In this document: positions 1-10,116 of the stretch, piece after piece
How positions within the stretch are numbered: position 1 is the stretch's first letter
How the letters are laid out: every line of letters begins with the position of its first letter
DNA from: Monocercomonoides exilis PA203
Lineage: Eukaryota > Protista > Preaxostyla
Assembly: GCA_001643675.2 (NCBI GenBank)
Contig: LSRY02000012.1
Coordinates: 372,001 to 436,000, forward strand
DNA: 64,000 bases
Reading direction: 5' to 3'
Position numbers and translations under genes: made by a program
Notes under the pieces: model-generated
Told to the model about the DNA's origin: nothing
Database searches by the model: none
The model's input: only the letters and a program-made list of their open reading frames with translations

Positions 1-372
1 CTGAATAACAAAATACAACATTTTGAAATTAAACGGAGAAATTGAAATTTTGTCACACGGTTTATTTTTGTTCAATGAATCCAATTGCATTGAATATCTA
101 ACAAATGATTCCATATTAGGTTGGTATGCTGCAATTCTAGCTCCTGTTTCAGCAACATCTCCTGTAAAAAAGTAGAAAAATTAGAAAAAAAACAACGATT
201 CAAATAAAATCATACTGACAAAAACCAAATCTTCTACGCTTGTTGGAAGATCTCCTTCAAATATTTCAGTCATTATATCATCGATACTATCTGCAAGAGC
301 TTCAAGATTCTTTTTTGAAGATATTTGTGATTTCACTTCATCCAAGCGCTGTTTCAAATTCCCTGAAGACAT
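1..372 (-). CDS. RPN12: 26S proteasome regulatory subunit Rpn12/PSMD8 (5' part; gene continues beyond window start)
   Basis: Exons 372-216 and 161-59; introns 215-162 (GTATGA...TACAG) and 58-1 (GTGTGA...TTCAG). The spliced product LVFVRDVAETGARIAAYQPNMESFVRYSMQL resembles the Rpn12 motif LILARDILEIGAQWSI...SFERYMAQL. Confidence 0.75.
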
Positions 373-679
373 TCTAAATTTATGAATAATTTTTTATCAA
401 TAATAAAATATTTTAACAATTAGTTTTATTTATAAACCCGAAATTAAAGAAAGTGATCAATAATCCCTTTGTTCAGTTGAAATTGATATGAAGTTCCACA
501 TAATTACATATTTGTAATTCTATTAAATGGTCTATCATTAATTGTAATTTCGTTAAAAAATAAATAAATATTATTTGCTTGTAAAATGATGTTTCATTCT
601 ACCTTTTATCAACAGCAGTTGAGCTTTAATTGAGTAAAACAAATTTTTTTCTTGAACAATAACACTTTCTAATGCATGC

Positions 680-2176
680 TCATGTTGTTGCATTTTGTAA
701 TGTTGAAGAACGTAATGGCAAAGATGGAGGTGTGACCATCATTTCTTCTTTAAACATTTGATTTGCTGAATTTTTTCCAATATCATCATCATCATCATCA
801 TCATTGTTGCTCTCTTCCTCCAACTCTGAATCAAGTTCGGGAATATGTTCAATATATCTGTTATATCTTGTAATAGGCCCGTATGCAGAAAAAGCTTTTC
901 GAAATTCTTGAATTCTATCACCAAAATACAGCAATGCCACTTCATGAGGCATTGTCGCAGGAGCCTGTGTAACATGTTCGGATCTTTTTCCAGCAAGCCC
1001 TTTCCAAAACTTCATTCGCTTGTTAAATAACAGTGCTGTGCATTTAGGATGCTTCCATGCAACGTGCAGCCACGCAGACGATGGAGCAAATCGGACAAAC
1101 ATGAAGATTTCCTTTGCGTGCCCTGCATCGAATTGCCGCACTCCGTAAGTGACAAAAGTTCCCACATACGTAAAGGGTGCATTCAAAAAGACGACATTGC
1201 CTGTCCAGTTGCGATGAAGTGCTTGAGTTGTCCAAAATCTGCGCGCAGCAACGATTCTCTGTGCTGCAGGCTCGCTTGCTGGGTCGAGATCGATCAGCTG
1301 CTTTGTCATTGAAATGACTCCGTGGATGATAAAAGGTGGAGTGAACCACGAAGGACACTTTGCACTTCGACTTGAGAGCAATCCATCGCTTTCGGGAACG
1401 TGAGCCTGTTGAGGGACATCAGGGCTCAAAGGAATCCTTATTGGCGATTTAGACAAATTCAGAATCTTTAAAGAAGGACGAGTCGTTTTTATGGGCAATG
1501 TAACTGAAGTTAGAAAATTGCTTGAAATTTTTGCGCAATCCAACTCATGCAAATCTAATTTAGGATCTTGCAGTTCTGGCGTTAGATCAGGGTCAAGTAA
1601 TTGTATGGGGTACGGGAATGGGATTGTATTATCATTATCAGGTTCTTCTTGATTAAAATGAGCAGGATTCCAAGTCCAATAAAGATCTGGTCTTGGAGCT
1701 TGCTTAACATCCCACGGGAATGACATTGATGAAGATTTTCTGGCTCGAACTTCTTTTGGTTTTGGAAGTTGAATGTAGTAACTTTTTCCTTTGTAAATAA
1801 TATATGTTCTGTCGTTCAATATTCTTGGTGTTCCATAGTGGGGGGGTGCCTGTTTCGTTTCGTTAGTTTGAATCTTGCTCTCTTTTGGCTCTATAGATAA
1901 GAATTGATTGAATTCTTGTTTTCCTCTTTTTTTTCTTTTTTGAGGTGATGGGGGTGGAGTTGACGAAGGAGAAGATAACGAAGGTGAAGCTACTTCGGAT
2001 TGTTCAGATGCTTCATCTTCTGATTCTGGAAATAAATCTGAAGGAGATTCTTCTTCGTAATCTCCATCTGATGTAGGTTCAAATAATGATGAGGCAGCTT
2101 CATCTTGTTCAGCAGCATTATCATCGGAACTATCTTCATAATAATAGTCTGGATCATTTTTTGAACGAGAATTCAT
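680..2176 (-). CDS. Phage/bacterial-type DNA N6-adenine methyltransferase (Dam, PF05869-like) domain fused to an acidic, S/P-rich N-terminus
   Basis: Intronless 498-aa ORF. The domain at about 1351-878 has the ordered family motifs SWFTPP, IDLDPAS (SAM binding), W-x-G-x-V-F-L-NAPF (NPPY/F-type motif IV), AW, RMKF and LYFG...FRKAFSAYG. Basic patch QKRKKRGK in the N-terminus. Confidence 0.85.
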   Translation of the reverse strand: MNSRSKNDPDYYYEDSSDDNAAEQDEAASSLFEPTSDGDYEEESPSDLFPESEDEASEQSEVASPSLSSPSSTPPPSPQKRKKRGKQEFNQFLSIEPKESKIQTNETKQAPPHYGTPRILNDRTYIIYKGKSYYIQLPKPKEVRARKSSSMSFPWDVKQAPRPDLYWTWNPAHFNQEEPDNDNTIPFPYPIQLLDPDLTPELQDPKLDLHELDCAKISSNFLTSVTLPIKTTRPSLKILNLSKSPIRIPLSPDVPQQAHVPESDGLLSSRSAKCPSWFTPPFIIHGVISMTKQLIDLDPASEPAAQRIVAARRFWTTQALHRNWTGNVVFLNAPFTYVGTFVTYGVRQFDAGHAKEIFMFVRFAPSSAWLHVAWKHPKCTALLFNKRMKFWKGLAGKRSEHVTQAPATMPHEVALLYFGDRIQEFRKAFSAYGPITRYNRYIEHIPELDSELEEESNNDDDDDDDIGKNSANQMFKEEMMVTPPSLPLRSSTLQNATT

Positions 2177-2670
2177 CTTCGTGCGATGGCGTCAGCTGCA
2201 ATTAAAAAAATCAATTTAAAATGTTGATCTTCCCCTTATATATTTTTTCATGCATGAAAAAACAAAATCGAAAATAATAAATATATTAATTAAATAATGC
2301 CACTGTGACAAAATGTATTTAAGATAACAATTGAACATTTCATTAAATCATTTGCAAAACTTAAATATTAGAAGGATAAAATGAAAACATTTTTACAAAA
2401 TTTTTTTCTTTTTTTCATTTTCATTATTCTCTTTTCCAATTGATGCATATTTGAAACAATCGTTTTTCTGTGGATTTTGTGATAAATCATTTTCAAAAGA
2501 AAAAAGAAAACGAAAAAAAAGAAAAAAAATATTTTTTTGTTTTGTTTTGTTGTGATTTGAATTTTATGAATTCAATAAACACGAAAAAACTTTTCTCGGT
2601 TGAATAAAAGATAATGTGCAATAATTTGTTGATGAAATAAAATAAATGTCACACAAATATTTTTGTATTT

Positions 2671-4265
2671 TTTTTGAAATCATTTTTTTATTCTGCGTAT
2701 TTGGGAAAAAAGGTTTTTCATCATTCACTGAAATATCATTGATATGTTGCATGTCTATCAATTGAAACAGTTGTGAATGTTTTCTATGTGATGAAAATAA
2801 ATATGTCCTTAACTGCGCTTATCACTTTTGAGTGTTCATTCGAAATTATTTTTTTTACAAAATTTCAAGACTTTTATTTTTGGGTTGAAATGAAAAATGA
2901 ATATAATACTCAAATTAACATTCCAATTAACCAAATTTCACCATCTGGAAATAAATGCTTTTCAATGTTGTTATTTCCATTCAAAAATAATTCTTGATGA
3001 GTTGGAATGAAATTTTAATGAAAATATTCATTTTTCATTTTAATACAAAAAGTAAACAGAAACAACTTTTCAGAAATATTAAAAACGTTTGTGGTGATAT
3101 GAATAACTGCAATCTTTTTTATAGAAAAACTGTGAACTTTTTGTTTTATTTTTGCAATCAAATTTTTTTTTGCAAAAAAAAATTGTTATTATTTCTTGAA
3201 ATACAGTTTGCGTAAAAAATACCGGACAAGATCGATATCTCAATAACAGCAAGAAGAAAATTTCTGTTAAATTTCCCCAAAATATATCTCATCAATACAA
3301 ACTCACATGACATACGAGACTTTCAAAACAACTTTATTTATGCTCAGAAAAAACAAATGATTAAAATCTCTGAGAAATAGGATTTTGAGTTTCCCCGAGA
3401 TTTCAATCATTTATTTTCTCAGAGCACAAATGAGGCTATTTTGAAAGTTTTGCATATCAATTGAGTTTGTACTGATGAGATGTATTTTGAGGAAAATTGT
3501 TAGAATTATTCCTCTTGCGGTTATTGAGAAATTGATCTTGTCCGGTATTTTTTGCGCAATCTGTGCGTGTGAGGTTGAAAGCACTTTGAAAAATATCAAA
3601 GATGTTTGTTTGTGGATGAGAAAATTAAATTAATAAAAAAAATTGAGAAAGTTAAATAAAGCAATGAGTGAAATAAAGATTTTATACTCCGAAAAAAATA
3701 GCTTGAAAGTCAGTATTATCCCATTTGAGAAAAAATTCTTTTCGTCATTTCGAACTGCAGTTATTGTTTAAACAAAATTATTTCGAAAATAATTATCAAA
3801 ATGCTCTAATAATGAATTTTCAATTCTTGTGATGTGTTAAATCAAACTTTATTTGAAAAACATACATAAAAATTTTCAATAAAATCAAGTTTGTTCAAAA
3901 AGATAAATTTTATCAGACTCACGAAAACATTTGCTTCAATTTTTGGACAATAATAAGGAGGAAATAATGCTTTATTTATTAATGAAAAATGTGGAAATCA
4001 CATTGAATGTGATGGTCATGAATGATAATTTTCAAATTTACATTTTTTCATAAAAAAATTTCGGATCGGAGATATCCCTTGAACATCAACAAAAGAACAT
4101 TGAAAAGCGAAAAGGCTTTCAAAAGACATCTTTATCTTTATTTCGTCCAAAACATTCGTTTTTGAAACAGTTGAAATGAATAAAATATTGGAAAACAATA
4201 TTTCTTTTTCATGATTAAGAGTCTCTGAATAATGAATATCTGGAAAAAACTGATGATTTCAAAAA
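2671..4265. repeat. Extended, more decayed outer arms of the same palindrome
   Basis: Inverted matches: 2775-2842 vs 4090-4157 (46/68 identical, ungapped); AATAACTGCA 3102-3111 vs 3756-3765; TTTTTGAAATCAT 2671-2683 vs 4253-4265. Confidence 0.7.
3203..3564. repeat. Inverted repeat / palindrome core: 175-bp arms (3203-3377 and 3390-3564) with a 12-bp spacer
   Basis: Ungapped arm alignment has about 32 mismatches in 175 nt (about 82% identity), e.g. AAAAAATACCGGACAAGATC (3214-3233) vs GATCTTGTCCGGTATTTTTT (3534-3553). Confidence 0.95.
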
Positions 4266-4970
4266 TAATTTCCCATCACCAAATGAAAATTTTTGTTGGA
4301 TAATGTTATCCTTCATGAAAGATGTCTCTTATATTTCAAGAAGATTTTTTTTGAAAAGAAATTGAAAAATTAACTTCTATCTTCAATAGTTGTGATTTAT
4401 ACTCTCATTAATATATTCACTTGAAAATATGTTCAAAAATCAAAATAAACTATTTCAATATTAAATGTGCTTTATCATTGAAAAACATGAATGAATTGTG
4501 GCATATCAATTCTTGATAATTTATATTCACATATGCACAAATGCATTTGAATTGTCAATTATTAAAAAAAGTCCAAATCCAAATAAAAGAACTTCATTAA
4601 CAATGGCAAAACAACTTTTGTGAACAAATATAAATCTATTCAAGCTTGCGAATAATCTAAACGCAGCGTCCAATACAAAGAAATTCAATTATTTGCGTGA
4701 AACAATATTAAAAAAAAAATAATTGAAGAAAATACTTGGACCAGATTATTTAGAAGAAAAAAGCTCTCTTCAATTAAATAGAAAAACAAAAAACGAAAAA
4801 CATAAGAAAGAAATCAAAGAACACATAAAGACTGACTTGTCCAAACAACTATGTCTAAAGAGTGAATCAACAAAAGAGTTCACGAGATGTGCATATAATA
4901 GATAATAACAAAGTGTCATTCAAGTTTGCATGAAAAATAAAGATAAGTCATAAATACGTCGAATTTTTTT

Positions 4971-7011
4971 TTACTCTTTTTTCTCAGTCGCAGAAGGCTG
5001 TCCGGGTTCGGAACATGGCAATGAGCAAACTGCCTTGGATTCATTCGGCGTATCCTTTTGCTCAGAATCATTTGAAGACGAAGAATGATGAGCTTCAGAA
5101 GAACGCTTCAGCTCTACTGGAGGTGGGCCCATTGGCCAGCGTGGCTTGAGTGGTCCGAGTCCTTTCTTGATCATTGCCTCCTCTGCATCAGCCAGTGTTA
5201 AGAAGTCTGTGGCCTTTGTGTCTTCATCTTTTTTGATACACTCCTGTGTCAGAGGAGGAGCAGTGCTCATCAGTTCTGACATGTCTGGCACATTAAAGCA
5301 TGTGATTCGGCGGTTAGCAGGATCGATATCTTCAGCAGTAGAGATGGCGCAATCAACACTCCAATTGAATCTCCAACGCCCTTCTGGTGATTCTTTTATC
5401 TCCTCCATCGTCCGCGGTGTAGGATCCCAATGGAAGTGGCGCTGCCTCCACCCAACTTTCTTTGCCAGACGATCTTTTGCTCTTTTTCTTCCTTCTTCTT
5501 CAACTTCCACTTTTGCATCTCGAGCCTTTTCATAATCTTTCTCTCGCATAGATGCGGTAAGCTTCTCCCACACTTTCCTTGACTCATACCAGTCTTGGTT
5601 AGCAACAGCCAACGCCCTCTTTGATGTAAATGGCGATGTTTGCACATCGAAAAACAGCATCGAGTTCTCCTTACTGAGGTCTTCAGGCAACTCTTCATTC
5701 AAATGAGAAGGAGAAGCTACAGAAGAAGAGCTTGGCGTTGCAGACGATGATTGAGAACTTGCTGCTGCGCCTCCAGAAGCCAATTGAGCAGTTGCATCAA
5801 CTGTGAGAGTGGCAGGCCGAGAAAGATGAGGTGGAACACGATGATCAGTTGCCCACAGGCGCGATGTCCAGTCGCCTTGAATAGTAACCAAAGGCTTTCT
5901 CTTGCTTGCTTTCTTTTTGTCCACAACTCTCTGAGGATTAGGTGTTGGCATTCCAGAAGGAGTTGAAGATGGCGAAGGAGTACCATGTGGAGAAGACGCA
6001 AATGACGGTGAAGATGAAGGAGAAGGAGAAGGAGATGAAGACGGAGATGCATTTTCACTTTCTCTCATTGCTGGCATTGGAATTCCGCCTCCTTGCATTT
6101 CGAATATTTCAGCAACCACTTGGTTATATTTGCCTCCGAATGTTGGCTTTGCTTTGAAATTAATTAGAGCTTCAAGACCTGTTTGCTCACAAGCAATGCG
6201 AGTTTTTCCAACAGTCTCCATTCTCATTTTACCAACCACAACACCACGTGCATACCAGACCGGGTATGTGATGGTATATGTTTCTCTTCTACGCAATAAA
6301 TTCACATAAATAGTTCCCAGCATAAATGTTCCTGCAGAATTTCCTGTGAAATTTGATTTTATCTTGATTTCACCCTCTATGCTAAAGCCAGCATCTAGAT
6401 TTTCGAAGTACATTGCACACACAGGAGGATGATGTTGAACTTGTTCAGCAAGATACCATGTCCGAGATCCATCAGGATGATCCCAAAAGCAACGAAAAAC
6501 TTCACCAAGGATAGGATTATATGGTTTTTTAACTCCGCGAGGACGTATGTGAAAACCAGAGATATAAAATCGTGTTAAATGTGCAATACGATCAACAGGA
6601 TCATCCATTGCAATTGCTTCCCGAAAGAATGCCATATGAGAAAAGAGATTTGCAGTCGTTTCAATAAATGAACGCGGTTCAGAAATAAATGCAGGCACTT
6701 TGAAAACAAGAGAAAATTAAAATATTAAATATGTATATTGAATTCATAATTGTAAGCCAAACTCGAAATCCGAGTCAGATCTTTGCCACTAGTAATTTGC
6801 TTAAATATATCCATCATAATGCTCCGTGGTTTGTCATCAAGAACTGAAAGATTTTAATTTCAAACATGATGAAATAAATGTTTATAATATGATTCAAAAA
6901 TTTCTTCAAAAACACACCTTCTTCTTCATCAAAAACCGCTTGCATATCTTTGGTATCATTAGAGGATTCATCCTCAATTGAAACGCGTTGTGAATCTTGA
7001 CTTTCTGACAT
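4971..7011 (-). CDS. Oxysterol-binding protein-related lipid transfer protein, Osh6/Osh7/ORP5/ORP8-like
   Basis: Two 5' introns give ...VLDDKPRSIMMDIFKQITSGKDLTRISMPAFISEPRSF. Also GVKKPYNPILGEVFRC and the OSBP signature EQVQHHPP (canonical EQVSHHPP). Confidence 0.93.
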
Positions 7012-7281
7012 CAGAATTGAGCTTGAATAAAATTTTATGAACCATAGATTGTTTTGAATGTGATTTTTTGATCTTTAACAATTTTAATATGAAAACAATT
7101 TCCGCAAAATACATTTGACAGATATGCAACCACTAAAATAAAAAACAATTTAATCAAAAATTACAACATAGCAAACTCGGCAAATTGAAATAAGAAGAAT
7201 GAAATGAGTTTAAAGATACAGTGAGACCATATTAACGAATGGAACATAAAAAATCGAAAACATTTTATATATTAGTAATCT

Positions 7282-8147
7282 TTAACATATTACACATCCT
7301 TTTGAACTTTTTGCTGTCAATTCTTTCCTTCTCCTATCAAGTGCAAGAGATCCAACTTCTTTGAAAAGAGATACGAGATTACGCTCCGTCTTTGCAGAAA
7401 CTTCAATACAAGAAGATAACTTATAACGTTCCGTTAATTGTCTAGGCTAAATATTGCATTTTTAGAATAGTAATTTAATATTCAAAGAAAAAAATTCTTT
7501 AAAGGATGGAGGCAAACAGCATCTATTGATACAAATCCTCTTCCTCTATGAGTGGTCATAATTTGATCTACATGAGTTCCCACAACAATAATAGGTATTT
7601 CTTTTGTAATGGCTTGAATTTCCGGAATCCACTTATGAAATATAAAGTGAGACTTCAACATTAAAATATTAATTTCAATCAATACCTTTTCCTGAAGATT
7701 TCTGAAAGTGGAAATATCAACAATAGAATAGCATGCTAATATGACATCAATCCCTTCATATCTTTTTTCTTTTATACGTTCGTAATCTTCCATATCTGTA
7801 TTAAAAAAAGGAAAAAACAAAATGAATTACAATACAACATTCAAATATTTCCATTAATCAATAATTTTAACAAAAAATAACAAAGAAAATCGAAACCTGA
7901 TGTATAATATTTGCACTGAATCGATTTTCCTTTAACATTTTCCATTCGTTCAAATTTTTCAAACTCGTCTATCTCTTCGCTATCATTATAAATATTCTTT
8001 ACATAAGACTGCAACACTTGATTTTTCCCCGATCCCCTATCTCCAACGAGTAAACATGCTGCTTTCTTTAAAGCAAAAATGAAATTTAAATAAAAATTGA
8101 AAATTCTTGTTCAACAATTTGATTCGACATACGAAAATTACGGACAT
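7282..8147 (-). CDS. Divergent Rho-like small GTPase (probable pseudo-GTPase), C-terminal CaaX
   Basis: Five exons, GT-AG introns. Product MSKAACLLVGDRGSGKNQ...YTSDMEDYERI...DVILACYSI...NLQEKWIPEI...PIIVVGTHVD...IEVSAK...KGCVIC*. KWIPEI and CYSI are Rho/Rac-type segments. Confidence 0.85.
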
Positions 8148-8306
8148 ATAAAACTTTTAATGAAAAATTCTGTAAAGGTAAAATATAAGGAATACTCCTT
8201 GTTAATATCTTGAAACAAAAGAAGCTATTTGATCTTCAACCGTCATCATATTTTCATCTTGATCTTCCCATATAAGTGTATTGCACATTCGTTTCTCCGT
8301 TATTTC

Positions 8307-9923
8307 ATGTCTGACATCACTGTAACAGTAAAGACAATACGTGGAGATTCTCTTCAAATAAAACTCAGCTCAGACAAGACAATCCAAGACTTGAAAGAGC
8401 AGATCGAATTACAAAAGCAAATTCCTGTCTCCGAACAAAAAATTATTTTCAATGGACGCATAACACAAAACGATAATATCCTATCTGATTTAAGTGTGAA
8501 AAGATGTATTTGTGCATTTTATGATTAAAGTTATGTTATGCAATTCTTTTTAGAAATTGAGGATGGATGCTCGGTACATCTTGTTAGATCCGCAGCTCGA
8601 GCAAAACCAACAGCCACTGCTCAGGCATCTGCTCCATCAACTACTTCAACAACAACAACAACAACATCTTCTCCAAGTCCTTCATCCACACAAGGAGGAT
8701 CAAGTGAAACATCTTCTACTAATTCTGGTACAACAGGAGCTGGAAGTTTTGGAAGCCAAAGTGGAATGCCCGGAATGGGTGGCATGGGTGGCATGGGTGG
8801 CATGGGAGGAATGGGTGGAATGCCAGGCATGGGAGGAATGGGTGGAATGCCAGGCATGGGAGGAATGGGTGCGAATCCTTTTGCATCCATGTTTGGTGCA
8901 CCTGGCATGGGAGGATTTGGAGAATCAGGGCCTGGAATGGATCAAATGAGAATGATGATGCAAAATCCATTGATAAAACAAATGATAAGACAAATGTTAT
9001 CCAATCCCGAGACGATGCAACAGATGTTAACCCAGAATCCTTTTACAAGACAAATGATGGAATCAAACCCTCAAATGCGAGCATCATTGCAGATGTTTGC
9101 TCAGAATCCTGCTCTTGTTGACATGACTTTGGGCATGATGGATCAGATGTTTGCACCATCAACAACTGGAGGTGGTGCAGGCTCTGGAAGTCCAACTTCA
9201 GGAGCTCCAGGTGGAGGAATGGACTTTGCTTCTATGATGCAGCAGATGATGGGTGGAATGGGAGGCATGGGAGGAATGGGCGGAGCAGGAAGCACACCAA
9301 CCAGCCAGGCAGAAGAACCACATCTCACTTCACCTTGGACTTCAACTTCCACAGGCGGCGAAACAGAGAAAAGCAGCGAAAATGAAAAATCAACAGACTC
9401 CACAAAAACAACAACCGGAACAACATCTGGGCCTTCAACAGGAACGACAGGAGCAGCACAAGCCCCACAGGGAGGAATGGATTTTGCTTCAATGATGCAG
9501 CAGATGATGAGTGGAATGGGAGGCATGGGCGGAATGGGAGGCATGGGAGGCATGGGCACTGGATACGGAGCACCCGGATCAACAGGCGCGCCTGGTGGTG
9601 GAATGGATTTTGCTTCGATGATGCAGCAGATGATGGGAGGTATGGGAGGTATGGGAGGCCTGGGTGGAATGGGTGGAATGGGCGGAATGGGAGGAATGGG
9701 AGGATACCCAGCCTCGCCTGCAGGAGGATTTGGCACTGCACCTCAAGCCACTACCACCAGCGAACCTTCTCAACAGGAGCTTATGCAAAAATATGCATCA
9801 CAAATTAGTGAGCTTCATGACATGGGATTCTTTGACGATAAAATTAATTGCGAAGTTCTTAGAGCTTGTGGCGGAAGTGTTCAACTCGCGGTGGAGAAAC
9901 TTATTCAACGACTTGGGATTTAA
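8307..9923 (+). CDS. DSK2: Ubiquilin/Dsk2-type UBL-STI1-UBA ubiquitin shuttle receptor
   Basis: Intron 8494-8553 joins UBL (MSDITVTVKT...EQKIIFNGR...LKIEDGCSVHLV), STI1-like M/Q-rich NP repeats and C-terminal UBA (YASQISELHDMGF...AVEKL). Confidence 0.92.
8761..9704 (+). repeat. GGM-coding tandem repeats and three copies of a GGMDFASMMQQMM(GGM)n module inside Dsk2
   Basis: (GGNGGNATG)n runs at about 8761-8870; module copies start near 9201, 9471 and 9584. Confidence 0.9.
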
Positions 9924-10116
9924 CTTCTGTCAAAAAATGATCAATCGGTTTTTTTTGTTTGAAGTTTAATAGCTTTCATTCTTTTTTTTGTTTACAATTC
10001 ATTCCAACTTTGAATAATTTTTGGGGAATGGAAGAATTAAGGCATCTCATTAAGGGTCAATATCAATATAATTTCTCTTTAAATGGATTTATTGGAATAT
10101 TTCTAAAACTTAAGCA

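Noticed and set aside
680-4700. Methylase plus palindrome as an intact DIRS, Polinton or viral insertion
   Set aside because: No reverse transcriptase, recombinase, integrase, polymerase or capsid remnants, and the inverted repeat does not flank the gene; kept only as a possible origin.
8761-9704. Repeats with unique spacers that superficially resemble a CRISPR array
   Set aside because: In-frame coding repeats with synonymous variation inside a eukaryotic gene; no cas genes.
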